Origin: a virus
Lineage: Duplodnaviria > Heunggongvirae > Uroviricota > Caudoviricetes
Strand: one strand, 5' to 3'
Virus record (IMG/VR): IMGVR_UViG_2711768034_000009
Span: 1 to 27,216 of that record
DNA: 27,216 nucleotides
Shown here: positions 1 to 10,858 of the stretch, in pieces
Numbering within the stretch: position 1 is the stretch's first letter
How the letters are laid out: every line of letters starts with the position of its first letter
Translations under genes and position numbers: made by a program
Notes under the pieces: model-generated
Databases searched by the model: none
What the model saw: the letters and a program-made list of their open reading frames with translations, nothing else
Told to the model about the DNA's origin: nothing

Positions 1-132
1 GCAATCGACCGTTGCAGCAATATCTGGGCGTCATTGCCCGGGGCAGGCTATGGCCAGTTTGAGCATAAGGCAGACAGCCTGATTGCAAAATTCAAAGAAG
101 TTGGCGGAACGGTCAGAGAGATTGAGGTATGA
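1..132 (+). CDS. Endolysin, 3' partial (lambda R-like lytic transglycosylase C-terminus)
   Basis: Frame 1 is open from the window edge to TGA at 130-132 and translates to [43 protein letters not shown], which I recognise as close to the lambda R C-terminus. It sits immediately upstream of Rz, as in lambdoid lysis cassettes. Confidence 0.75.
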   Translation, partial: AIDRCSNIWASLPGAGYGQFEHKADSLIAKFKEVGGTVREIEV

Positions 133-587
133 GCAGAGTAACCGCGATTATCTCCGCTCTGGTTATCTGCATCATCGTTTGCCTGTCATGGGCTGTTAAT
201 CATTACCGTGATAACGCAATCGCCTACAAAGAGCAGCGCGATAACAAGGCCAGTGAACTGGAGAAGGCGAACGCCACCATCGCTGACATGCGGAAGCGTC
301 AACGTGATGTAGCAGAACTCGACGCAAGATACACAAAGGAGCTTGCTGATGCTAACGCGACTATCGAAAGTCTCCGTGCTGATGTTTCTGCTGGGCGTAA
401 GCGCCTGCAAGTCGCCGCCACCTGTGCAAAGTCAACGACCGGAGCCAGCGGCATGGGCGATGGAGAAAGCCCAAGACTTACAGCAGATGCTGAACTCAAT
501 TATTACCGTCTCCGAAGTGGAATCGACAAGATAACCGCGCAGGTTAACTACCTGCAGGAATACATCACCACGCAATGCCTGAAGTAA
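129..587 (+). CDS. Rz: Rz-like i-spanin (inner-membrane spanin)
   Basis: 152-aa ORF with an N-terminal transmembrane helix and coiled-coil periplasmic region, recognisably similar to lambda Rz. Its start overlaps the endolysin stop (ATGA). Confidence 0.9.
   Translation: MSRVTAIISALVICIIVCLSWAVNHYRDNAIAYKEQRDNKASELEKANATIADMRKRQRDVAELDARYTKELADANATIESLRADVSAGRKRLQVAATCAKSTTGASGMGDGESPRLTADAELNYYRLRSGIDKITAQVNYLQEYITTQCLK
343..534 (+). CDS. Rz1: Rz1-like o-spanin (outer-membrane lipoprotein), embedded in Rz in the +1 frame
   Basis: 63-aa ORF wholly inside Rz in a different frame. It has a signal peptide ending in a lipobox-like LGVSAC followed by a proline-rich segment ([12 protein letters not shown]), the classic Rz1 architecture. 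The true start may be an internal Met. Confidence 0.8.
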   Translation: MLMLTRLSKVSVLMFLLGVSACKSPPPVQSQRPEPAAWAMEKAQDLQQMLNSIITVSEVESTR

Positions 588-644
588 GGCATTACAGAGC
601 CACTTCCAGAGGTGGCTCGATAATGTCACAACGAGGTAAGGACT

Positions 645-1385
645 ATGGCAAAACCGGACTGGGGAGCACTGCAACACCAGTTCCTCGCCGAGCATGCCAA
701 AACAGGAATATCCCCGAAAGACTGGTGCGCAGCGCAGGGACTGAATTATTCATCTGCGAAACGCTATATCAAAGTAACGACTTACGGTGCGAATTCGCAA
801 AAAAAAAGTGCGAACAAATCTGCGAATTCGCAGAAGGAGAAAGGCGAGGTCAGTAAAAACGGGGAGGTGAAAAAACACCAGCCCGACACAGGCGCCCACT
901 CAAAATCTCCAGAAACGAAACCGATACGCGGATCGCGCACTGCTCCGCCGACGAACGCCTTCCAGCCTGGCAACCAGAACGCATTAAAGCATGGTGGCTA
1001 TGGCCGCCGGATGCTGCTCTCTGACGCCATCACCGAAGATGCCCAGATGCTCACGCTCGACGATGAGCTTTTCTGGCTGCGAGCGGCGAGCCTGACAGCG
1101 GCAGAGAATATCGGGCGCTGGCAGACAGAGCTGGAGACAGCCGCCAGCGAGCAGGCCAAAGATCTGCACGACCTCATCTCTCAGGCGCAGAAAGCCATGC
1201 ATCGCAACACTGCGCGCATTGAGTCGCTGGAGTACACCAAGGCGGCGATTATCAAGCAGCGCGTTGATGCCGCTTACCGCGAAGCCGCGACCGAAAAGGT
1301 TGAGCTCGAAATTGATGTACTGAAAGACGGCGACAAGGATAACGCGATCGTCGTGCATAACTCGCTGCCAATACCGGGAAGATAA
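645..1385 (+). CDS. Putative terminase small subunit
   Basis: 246-aa ORF directly upstream of the terminase large subunit, with a GAGG-type ribosome-binding site. The N-terminus has an HTH-like segment (GISPKDWCAAQGLNYSSAKRYIK) and the C-terminus is predicted coiled coil. Confidence 0.6.
   Translation: MAKPDWGALQHQFLAEHAKTGISPKDWCAAQGLNYSSAKRYIKVTTYGANSQKKSANKSANSQKEKGEVSKNGEVKKHQPDTGAHSKSPETKPIRGSRTAPPTNAFQPGNQNALKHGGYGRRMLLSDAITEDAQMLTLDDELFWLRAASLTAAENIGRWQTELETAASEQAKDLHDLISQAQKAMHRNTARIESLEYTKAAIIKQRVDAAYREAATEKVELEIDVLKDGDKDNAIVVHNSLPIPGR
788..832. repeat. Two copies of the perfect 12-bp palindrome TGCGAATTCGCA (788-799, 821-832) flanking an A9 tract (799-807), inside the terminase small subunit gene
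   Basis: Read directly from the sequence. A TGCGAA half-site also occurs at 809-814. At the protein level this encodes a duplicated SANSQK linker. Confidence 0.5.
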
Positions 1386-1388
1386 ATC

Positions 1389-2720
1389 ATGGCCGACATT
1401 TACCTACCCACGCTACACAACGGGCAGTTAACGGTCTGGTCTGATTCCTGGGATCACCAGTTGAATGCGGTTCGATGTGGTCGACGCTGGGGGAAAACCT
1501 TCATGCTGTCGAGCGCCGCGGTGACCTACGCAACATCACAGTTCCGGCGCCCGGGCATGGATATCGAGCTGGGCGGCCGGGTCGGTATCTTCACTGCCGA
1601 GTATCGCCAGTACCAGGAGATCTACGACAAGCTGGAAGAAATCCTGTTGCCGCTGAAAAAGAGCTTCAGCCGGCAGGAAAAGCGACTGCTGCTGAAGAAC
1701 GGCGGGAAGATTGACTTCTGGGTCACCAACGACAACAAACTGGCCGGTCGTGGTCGTGAATATGAAATTATCCTGATCGATGAGGCGGCGTTTACCAAGT
1801 CGCCTGAAATGCTGAAGGAAATCTGGCCGAAGTCGATTAAGCCGACGCTGCTGACGACAAAGGGCCGGGCTTATGTATTCTCAACGCCTGACGGTGTGGA
1901 CGAAGAAAATTTCTTCTATGCCATCTGCCATAACAAAGACCTCGGCTTCCATGAGCATCACGCGCCGACGTCATCAAACCCCTTCGTTCCTCCCGAGGAG
2001 CTGGAGAAAGAGCGACAGAACAACGATCCTCGCGTTTTCCGGCAGGAGTTCTTGGCCGAGTTCGTCGACTGGTCCGCTGCGTCGCTGTTCGACGTCCGCA
2101 AATGGTTCGAGGGTGAAAACCAGGATCAGCCTGTCGATTACCCTGAGATGTGCCAGGCCGTTTTCGCTGTCATGGATACCGCCGTTAAGGGCGGTACTGA
2201 GCACGACGGCACGGCGGTGGTTTACTACGCCGTAGACACCCGGCCCGGAATTCAGCGCCTGACCATTCTTGACTGGGATGTGGTGCAGATCGACGGCGCG
2301 CTGCTGGAAGAGTGGATTCCGTCTGTTTTCACCAGGCTGAATGAGCTATCCGGCCAGTGCGTCGCTGTAAATGGCAGCCTCGGCGTTTTCATTGAAGACG
2401 CCAGTATGGGCAGCATCCTTCTGCAGAAAGGCGAGAGCCTGGGATGGCCGGTCAACAAAATTGAATCCACCCTGACCAGCAAAGGGAAGGACGAGCGCGC
2501 CATTATGGCCTCTGGGTATCACTACCGCGGGCTGGCGAAAATATCCCGATACGCCTACGAGAAGACGGCAGTCTTCAAGGGCGAAACAGCAAACCATCTG
2601 CATAAGCAGGTATCACGATTCCACCTTGCCGATAAGAACGCGCACAAGCGCGCCGACGATTTGCTGGATGATTACACCTACGGGCTGATCATCGCGTTCG
2701 GTAGCGGCGACGCACTCTAG
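1389..2720 (+). CDS. Terminase large subunit
   Basis: 443-aa ORF with a Walker A-like motif (GRRWGKT) and a Walker B-like acidic motif (EIILIDEAAF), in the canonical position after the small subunit. Confidence 0.85.
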   Translation: MADIYLPTLHNGQLTVWSDSWDHQLNAVRCGRRWGKTFMLSSAAVTYATSQFRRPGMDIELGGRVGIFTAEYRQYQEIYDKLEEILLPLKKSFSRQEKRLLLKNGGKIDFWVTNDNKLAGRGREYEIILIDEAAFTKSPEMLKEIWPKSIKPTLLTTKGRAYVFSTPDGVDEENFFYAICHNKDLGFHEHHAPTSSNPFVPPEELEKERQNNDPRVFRQEFLAEFVDWSAASLFDVRKWFEGENQDQPVDYPEMCQAVFAVMDTAVKGGTEHDGTAVVYYAVDTRPGIQRLTILDWDVVQIDGALLEEWIPSVFTRLNELSGQCVAVNGSLGVFIEDASMGSILLQKGESLGWPVNKIESTLTSKGKDERAIMASGYHYRGLAKISRYAYEKTAVFKGETANHLHKQVSRFHLADKNAHKRADDLLDDYTYGLIIAFGSGDAL

Positions 2721-2731
2721 CGAGAAAACCA

Positions 2732-4147
2732 ATGAACGAAGATGATATCGCAATCGGCAGTTGCTCGCCGGAGCTGATCACGCTCCTGGACAGCGATGAC
2801 ATTCAGCCTGGTATTTCGGCTGGCTATCAGACCTGCAAAACGATTTACCTCTTCCACCCGTTGGGCGGGAAAATGGTAGATCGCCCGATCAAGATGGCGA
2901 TGAACGAGTCGCGCACGGTTCACATTTCGCAGGCGTATGGCATTGAGCAGCGTCTCCGCGATGCATTTGAGCGGGAGTGGAAAGCACTGGGCGCCGATAA
3001 GCACATCGCTAATGCGGCGCGCATCTCTCGCATTTACGGTGTTTCGGCGATCGCAATGCTGGTTGATAACCAGGAGCCGTCCTCTGCGGTGGACTACCGC
3101 ACGCTGTATAAGCACAACGTGACATTCAACATTCTCGACCCGCTGAACACTGCCGGAAGCATCGTCCTGAACCAGGATCCGAACGCGCAGGACTTTCAGA
3201 AGGTCGACGGGATCAGAGTGGCGGGCAAGCCGTATCACAAATCCCGCTGTGTTGTGCAACAGAACGAGGACCCGATTTATCTGGCCTATAACTCTGCTGC
3301 CTTTGGCTTTACCGGTCGCAGCGTTTACCAGCGCGCTCTGTTCCCGCTGAAATCCTTCATCCAGACCATGCGCACCGATGACATGGTTTCCGTGAAGGGT
3401 GGCTTGCTGGTAACGAAGATTCAGGGACCGAGCTCAGTCGTCAACAACATGATGCAAAAGCTCAGCGGCATCAAACGAATGATGCTGAAGCGAGGGAAGA
3501 CAGGCGAAGTCCTGCAGATCGGCGCAAATGACAGCATCGAATCCATCGACCTGAGCAACCTGGAAAAGCCGCTCGACTCCTCCCGGAATCACATTCTGGA
3601 GAATATCGCTGCGGCAGCTGACATGCCGGCTATCATTCTGAACTCGGAAACATTCGCCCAGGGCTTCGGCGAGGGGACGGAAGACGCTCGATCTGTTGCA
3701 GTCTACATCGACAACATCCGCGAGTGGCTTGAGCCGCTGTATGACTATTTCATCCGTATTTGCCAGTATCGCGCCTGGAGCATTGAGTTTTTCAATTCTC
3801 TGCGTGCTGACTTCCCGGAGCTTAAAAACACCTACAGCCTGTATTTCTCCTCATGGATTAACAACTTCGAATATCGCTGGCCGTCATCCCTGAAAGAGCC
3901 GGAAAGCGAAAAAGTGAAGGTCGACGAAATCCGCTTTAAGGCCATCGTCAGCATGCTGGAAGTCCTTCTCCCGCAGGTCAACACGGATGATGAGAACCGC
4001 GCGCTTCTTATCGAGTGGGCGCAGACCAACGCGAACGCTAACGAAAGCCTGTTCCCGCAGCGACTTGATCTCGATATCGACTCGTTAAAGGCTAACCGGC
4101 CTGAACAGCCACGGGATGAAGAGCCCGGCGGCGGGATGATGCTATGA
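2732..4147 (+). CDS. Putative portal protein
   Basis: 471-aa ORF immediately after the terminase large subunit, with an acidic C-terminus. Assigned by size and gene order. Confidence 0.6.
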   Translation: MNEDDIAIGSCSPELITLLDSDDIQPGISAGYQTCKTIYLFHPLGGKMVDRPIKMAMNESRTVHISQAYGIEQRLRDAFEREWKALGADKHIANAARISRIYGVSAIAMLVDNQEPSSAVDYRTLYKHNVTFNILDPLNTAGSIVLNQDPNAQDFQKVDGIRVAGKPYHKSRCVVQQNEDPIYLAYNSAAFGFTGRSVYQRALFPLKSFIQTMRTDDMVSVKGGLLVTKIQGPSSVVNNMMQKLSGIKRMMLKRGKTGEVLQIGANDSIESIDLSNLEKPLDSSRNHILENIAAAADMPAIILNSETFAQGFGEGTEDARSVAVYIDNIREWLEPLYDYFIRICQYRAWSIEFFNSLRADFPELKNTYSLYFSSWINNFEYRWPSSLKEPESEKVKVDEIRFKAIVSMLEVLLPQVNTDDENRALLIEWAQTNANANESLFPQRLDLDIDSLKANRPEQPRDEEPGGGMML

Positions 4148-4974
4148 AGACTTTCACGCGCACCGTACGCGAGGCGGTGAAGTTCTTTCTGCGCAATGGC
4201 TACACCTCGAGGCAGGAGCTGGAGCAATGGCAGGCCATTATCCGGCAGGCGGCCGAAAGCGAAACCGATGACGACTACATGAGCATGGTGTCGGATCGGT
4301 TGCGTAAGACCTATGACCTGCAGGTGAGCAAGGCTGGAGCGCTGGAGCGCCACAAGGGGCTTTCACGCTTCACGCTGAACTACATGGAGCCGAAGTTACG
4401 CAGCGAGCTGGATCGCCGCATCCTGGCCAGCGCTGACCTGATAAAGCTGAATCGCACCGCGGCGATTAACAAAACCGTGCAACGCTTCAGTGGTTGGGCA
4501 ACCAGCATACCGGTGCAGGATTATGTCGGTGGCGGTCTGTCTGCATCGTCGCGAAGTGGCATTGTGGCAAACGCCCAGCACATTCAGAAGAGTGCTGAGC
4601 AGGTGGACTACGAAGCGCGCCGCGTGATGATTGACCAGAGCCATAAGCTGATTGCCAATATCGACAACATCATCGCGACGGGCAACAACGCGATTGCTGC
4701 CGAGTGGCATAGCCACTGGCGCCAGCCAGGGTACGACTACCGGGAAGATCACAAGGAGAGGGACAAGCTGATCTATCTCATCCGCGGGAACTGGGCGCAG
4801 AAAAATGGCTATGTCAAAGCTGGCCCTGCCGGCTATCTCGACGAAATTACGCAGCCTGGCGAAGAGGTTTTCTGTCGGTGCTACGTCACCTATCTGTACA
4901 ACCTCCGCAGCATTCCCGAGGACATGCTGACCCAGAAGGGCCGCAAGTTCCTGGAGTCCATGAAAGCAGCATAG
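4144..4974 (+). CDS. Putative head morphogenesis / minor head protein (Mu F / SPP1 gp7-like position)
   Basis: 276-aa ORF overlapping the portal stop by 4 nt (ATGA), in the position usually held by the head morphogenesis protein. The family assignment is an inference. Confidence 0.45.
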   Translation: MKTFTRTVREAVKFFLRNGYTSRQELEQWQAIIRQAAESETDDDYMSMVSDRLRKTYDLQVSKAGALERHKGLSRFTLNYMEPKLRSELDRRILASADLIKLNRTAAINKTVQRFSGWATSIPVQDYVGGGLSASSRSGIVANAQHIQKSAEQVDYEARRVMIDQSHKLIANIDNIIATGNNAIAAEWHSHWRQPGYDYREDHKERDKLIYLIRGNWAQKNGYVKAGPAGYLDEITQPGEEVFCRCYVTYLYNLRSIPEDMLTQKGRKFLESMKAA

Positions 4975-4983
4975 GAGCATTAA

Positions 4984-6600
<1,617 letters not shown>

Positions 6601-6615
6601 CGGGAGCTCTGAAGC

Positions 6616-7476
6616 ATGGCTAATTTATCTCTTAACCCGATGGCGACCACGAATGCCGCTGGTTCCTTCGGTGTGCAGTCTGATGGCTTTATTCAGGGTG
6701 TTGCTCTGGATGATCCGGCAAACCGCTTTAATCTGGCATCCGGCACCGTCGCCGCCACAGAAACCAAACCGCTTTGGGGCGGCCTGCCGGTTGCTGAGTT
6801 GCTGCCCGGCGTGAACTCCAGCCATCGCGGATCGACCATTCGTCGTGCTGTGTCTCTGGCTGAACTCGAAGGCTTTACCGTCTTCAACCAGGCCCACAAC
6901 GGGCTTACCACTCCGCAATCACCGGTTCCGCTGTATGCGTCCGGCATGAGCGTTTCATTCTATCGCCTTGGCTCCAACATGCGCGTTCCGCTGAAAGCTT
7001 CAGCGCAGGTGGTCGCACTGGGAACCACTGGCGCATCGGTGAAAACGCCGCTGGCGTGGGACTTCGTCAATAACCAGGTGACCACCGCAGCCGCGGCGGC
7101 TTTTTCCGGTGCTAACATTGACACGACCGCTGTTACCTACTCGAACGGCGTGGCCACCGCCACCACTGCCTCTGCACATGGTCTGACTGCAGGCCAGTAC
7201 GTGAAGATCAGCGGCGTAGATCCGGCTGCCTATAACGGCACCGTCGTTGTGCTGACCGTACCGAGTACGACAACCTTCACCTATGCGCCTGCCAGCGCGC
7301 CGGGCGGCTCCGCGACCACGCAGGGCACTATCGGCGCTGTGGCTCAGGCAGACATCACCCTGCCGGTGAAAGTCATCTCCATCGAGAGTGGGAACTCTAA
7401 AACTGTCAGCTATGACAGCGCTACGGGCTTCCTTACCTGGAACAACACCGACAGCTGCGCGCTGGTCTTACTTTAA
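6616..7476 (+). CDS. Capsid-associated structural protein (possible decoration or head protein) with a C-terminal beta-rich module
   Basis: 286-aa ORF between the scaffold-like gene and the putative major capsid gene. It is rich in Thr/Ala/Gly/Val and carries a roughly 60-aa module (AHGLTAGQYVKISGV...YNGTVVVLTV...TFTY) that recurs in the sheath and baseplate J-like proteins. Confidence 0.4.
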   Translation: MANLSLNPMATTNAAGSFGVQSDGFIQGVALDDPANRFNLASGTVAATETKPLWGGLPVAELLPGVNSSHRGSTIRRAVSLAELEGFTVFNQAHNGLTTPQSPVPLYASGMSVSFYRLGSNMRVPLKASAQVVALGTTGASVKTPLAWDFVNNQVTTAAAAAFSGANIDTTAVTYSNGVATATTASAHGLTAGQYVKISGVDPAAYNGTVVVLTVPSTTTFTYAPASAPGGSATTQGTIGAVAQADITLPVKVISIESGNSKTVSYDSATGFLTWNNTDSCALVLL

Positions 7477-7489
7477 TCGGGAGCTTTAA

Positions 7490-8521
7490 ATGGCTGCAAT
7501 TACCCCCAGCTACACCATCGTCAACCCGTCGTATATTGCGCCGGAGTTGATCATTGGTTACCAGCAGGCGTCCGGTGCGTTCGAAACCATCGCCAGCGGT
7601 AACCCGCAGGTCCGCCTTGGCGTAGGCGACCAGTACGTTTATATGCGCCGCCTGGATATTCGTACCCAGGTAACCTCCAGCCAGTCCGGCAACGCCAACC
7701 AGCTGCCGAGCGTGGCGCTCGAGGCGCGCATGATCTCCACTCCAACCTACCTGTTCCGCTGCCGTGGTATCTACGATCACCACGACACCGCGGCGGCCGG
7801 TAACTGGAACGTGGCTCTGCCAGAAGCTCAGCGTCTCGGCATGCGTCAGGGCATCTTCCAGCAGTTGCGTTCTGCGCTGCTGTACGGCATGAACCCGGCA
7901 GGCGGCGAAGGTCTGCTGAACACCGCAGGCGCGACCACCGAAACCCTGCCGCCGGACAGCAACAGCAACACCACTGTGCTGACCTACGACCATGGACAGA
8001 TGGCTGTCTATCTGCTGGGCCATGTACAGGCCGCGCTGACCCGCACCATGCAACTGGGTCGCCAGCAGCGTGTTGTTATCCTCGGTCCGCAGCGAGTGCT
8101 GGGCGCGATGGAGATTCAGCAGATCGTTCAGCTGACATCTTATCAGCGTCCTGGCGGCGGTACTGATACCGTCGGCGGCACCGTGAAAGAGGTTCTCCGT
8201 GGCGCGAATGTTCAGGTTGACTGGGTGTACGACGACACGCTGATCGGCGCCGGTGCCGGCGGTACTGACGCGGTGGTTATCACCGTCCCGGAAGTGGAAG
8301 TGCCGATGGCCAACTCCACCGTGAACACCAACGAATTCGCCAAACTGAGCCCGTCTCTGGCGGCGAACGCCCTGATGTTCACCGACATGGCGGCACCGAT
8401 GGAAATCCCGACGCCAATCCCCGGGGGCGCTATCGACGTGCTGTCAGAAATGCGCTCTACGGCTGGCTGGGCAGTCCGTCCGGAAGCTATCACCATCCTG
8501 TCGATGAAATACAGCGACTAA
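7490..8521 (+). CDS. Putative major capsid protein
   Basis: 343-aa ORF in the canonical position after the scaffold, followed directly by a strong intrinsic terminator, as is typical for highly expressed capsid genes. Confidence 0.55.
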   Translation: MAAITPSYTIVNPSYIAPELIIGYQQASGAFETIASGNPQVRLGVGDQYVYMRRLDIRTQVTSSQSGNANQLPSVALEARMISTPTYLFRCRGIYDHHDTAAAGNWNVALPEAQRLGMRQGIFQQLRSALLYGMNPAGGEGLLNTAGATTETLPPDSNSNTTVLTYDHGQMAVYLLGHVQAALTRTMQLGRQQRVVILGPQRVLGAMEIQQIVQLTSYQRPGGGTDTVGGTVKEVLRGANVQVDWVYDDTLIGAGAGGTDAVVITVPEVEVPMANSTVNTNEFAKLSPSLAANALMFTDMAAPMEIPTPIPGGAIDVLSEMRSTAGWAVRPEAITILSMKYSD

Positions 8522-8545
8522 AACTCGAAATTGAGAAGTGCTTAA

Positions 8546-8580
8546 GCCTCTGCATGGTTCGCTGTGCAGGGGCTTTTTTA
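8546..8580 (+). terminator. Rho-independent terminator after the capsid gene
   Basis: Stem CCTCTGCA (8547-8554) pairs with TGCAGGGG (8565-8572), one G-T wobble, around a 10-nt loop, followed by CTTTTTT. Confidence 0.65.
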
Positions 8581-8593
8581 CGAAGGGTAAACA

Positions 8594-9076
8594 ATGAAAC
8601 TGTACATCGCCAACACTACCAAGCAGCGCCACATCTTCACTTTCCGCCAGCTGGAAACCGGGCGCCTTCGCCAGATCCCCATTGAGCACGGCTCACAGAT
8701 GCTGGTTCTGGATGGCTCGACCGAAGAAGTCGAAGCGGTTATTCAGCATCATCAGGTTTACGGTCTGGTTGACTCAACCAAAATCGACCAGAGCCAGGCA
8801 TTTGTCGGCCTGTGCTACAGCATCAACAAACCCGTTTCCGCCAGCGTTATTGAGAAAACCATTCGCGATAACGATGGTCATCTGACCCGCGGGGCTCATA
8901 ACCGCCGGCAGGCATCCGTCGCCGCGCTGGATAACACACTGCGCGAAAGCGGTATCGGCTACGAAGGTGACATGGAATTCAGCGCAGAGCAGGCCAAGGG
9001 GCGCGATGACCATTCAGACGACCCGACCATCAACGAAAAAATTGTCACGCCGAAAGCCGGGAGCAAGAAGAAATGA
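8594..9076 (+). CDS. Hypothetical protein (first gene after the capsid terminator; possible head completion or accessory protein)
   Basis: 160-aa ORF with an AGGG-type ribosome-binding site and an acidic, then Lys-rich C-terminus. No motif recognised. Confidence 0.4.
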   Translation: MKLYIANTTKQRHIFTFRQLETGRLRQIPIEHGSQMLVLDGSTEEVEAVIQHHQVYGLVDSTKIDQSQAFVGLCYSINKPVSASVIEKTIRDNDGHLTRGAHNRRQASVAALDNTLRESGIGYEGDMEFSAEQAKGRDDHSDDPTINEKIVTPKAGSKKK

Positions 9077-9501
9077 CCACCAGTCTGTCGGGATTCATCG
9101 AATTCGTTCGATCTGATATGGGAATCACCCCCGACCAGGTTCCCGACGACTCGCCGTCTTTTTCTCTCGCCTATGGCGGCGCCATTGAATGGGTTAACCC
9201 GGACATCGCGTGCGTTATGCCTAACATGTACAGCATCGCGGTTTATAACCTTGGGGCATCGTTTCTCATCAATTACGGGACAGAGGCTGTGTTTGTTGAG
9301 TTCCGTAAACAATATGGGCTGAATGACTTCAAAGCCGGGGTTATCACGGGAGCCGGGGATAACTCTACCAGCGCACAGCGCCTGGTCCCTGATTTCTTCA
9401 AAGACCTGTCGCTGGCAGATCTGCAGATGCTCCAGGACCCGTGGGGCCGTCGCTACCTGATGTTCGCTCAGCAGTTCGGGAGCCTGTGGGGTCTGACATG
9501 A
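9073..9501 (+). CDS. Hypothetical head-tail joining / head completion protein
   Basis: 142-aa ORF translationally coupled by an ATGA overlap to the upstream gene, located between capsid and tail sheath genes. Confidence 0.4.
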   Translation: MTTSLSGFIEFVRSDMGITPDQVPDDSPSFSLAYGGAIEWVNPDIACVMPNMYSIAVYNLGASFLINYGTEAVFVEFRKQYGLNDFKAGVITGAGDNSTSAQRLVPDFFKDLSLADLQMLQDPWGRRYLMFAQQFGSLWGLT

Positions 9502-9932
9502 TCACCTTTCATCTGGGCGTTATCGATATCCCCTACGAGGACGAGGACACCACGACGGGGAGCGTAGCGGAAGAGCTGGAAGCGAGGTATCAGATTATGC
9601 AGACGTTCTTTGACCGCTACGGGAACGACATCGCTGAGCTGATGAGCAAAGACCTGGCCGCAGCTCTTGAAAACATGTTCGCTGGCGCGCCGCCGGCAAA
9701 AGACCCGCTCGCTGAGTCAATGTCCAAAGTTCACGATCTCTTTGTCGGCTTCCTCGATAACACCGAGATGAACGGCCTCCCTGGCGTACCAACGCGCCGC
9801 GCGCTTGAGGGAATATCGAAGCGCTTTAAAGGCAAAAAGGGGCCGCCACGCCCTTCGTTCATTGACACAGGAACCTATCAGGCAGCTATGCGAGCCTGGG
9901 TAAGCGGGGTGCTGAATGCCTTCCCTGAGTGA
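9498..9932 (+). CDS. Hypothetical head-tail joining protein
   Basis: The ORF track starts at 9441, but the ATG at 9498 overlaps the upstream stop (ATGA) and gives the coupled start MITFHLG... Confidence 0.4.
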   Translation: MITFHLGVIDIPYEDEDTTTGSVAEELEARYQIMQTFFDRYGNDIAELMSKDLAAALENMFAGAPPAKDPLAESMSKVHDLFVGFLDNTEMNGLPGVPTRRALEGISKRFKGKKGPPRPSFIDTGTYQAAMRAWVSGVLNAFPE

Positions 9933-10854
9933 GTTACAGAACGCCAAAACCGAGCTTAACGCTACCCTGACACAGGGGCTGGATGATCTGAGCCGGTTCC
10001 AGGTGGTGACGTTCACGAAGTACATCAGAAAGGTACTTCCGCTCGATGGCTTCGTGTTCTGGGTGAAAGCCTCGGTCCTGTCAGACGATCCGAACAATGA
10101 GCCGGATACGGTAGATGTGAAAGGTTATTTGCACCTGACGACCGAAACCATTCAGGACGACGAGCAACTGTACGATCGCAACGTGGTGACGTTCACCGCG
10201 CAGGCGGACATCGACCCGTTTAACGACATCGGGTCAGAGGTGCTGTACATCGGCGAGTTTTTTGGCGTTCAGTTCTCGTTCTCACGGCGTACCGGGCTGA
10301 ATGAGCCGGCGAACCTGTACCACTACACCGGAGAGGCGATTTTCCCGCACATGCGGTCGCAGATCATCAACTCTGCGGATGACATAGACCTCTCCGACGT
10401 GGTGGTGTCGAGTTCTTTGCCGATTTGGCTGGCCCTGAATCAGTACATGCCGATGTTCCCGGCGATGCTCTCAACGCAGAACCTTTCACCGCCTTATGCA
10501 ACGGTGAAATGCAGCAATACGTCACCGATCGCCGGCGCTTTCTATCTGGACGAGAAGCAAAACCAGTATCAGCTGGTATCGGAAGATGTCACGCTTTCGG
10601 TCACCGGCCTGCGTAACGCCAGCATTGAAGACTTTGTGCGGTATGTGCAGGACTACACGACCGGCGATGCCCCGGAGATGGGGATCATGAATATTCCCGT
10701 CGTGCAGGATGAGCGAGTCACTCAGAACGAGCTCAACATCATCGCCATGCGTAAGACCATCAAATTCAAAATCAATTATTACCAGCAACGGATGCGTAAC
10801 TTAGCGCGCCAGCTGATCACGTCTGCAATTCCGTCCATTGACCCGGAGAAATAA
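9916..10854 (+). CDS. Hypothetical neck / tail completion protein
   Basis: 312-aa ORF overlapping the previous gene and ending just before the sheath gene. Confidence 0.4.
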   Translation: MPSLSELQNAKTELNATLTQGLDDLSRFQVVTFTKYIRKVLPLDGFVFWVKASVLSDDPNNEPDTVDVKGYLHLTTETIQDDEQLYDRNVVTFTAQADIDPFNDIGSEVLYIGEFFGVQFSFSRRTGLNEPANLYHYTGEAIFPHMRSQIINSADDIDLSDVVVSSSLPIWLALNQYMPMFPAMLSTQNLSPPYATVKCSNTSPIAGAFYLDEKQNQYQLVSEDVTLSVTGLRNASIEDFVRYVQDYTTGDAPEMGIMNIPVVQDERVTQNELNIIAMRKTIKFKINYYQQRMRNLARQLITSAIPSIDPEK

Positions 10855-10858
10855 GTAA

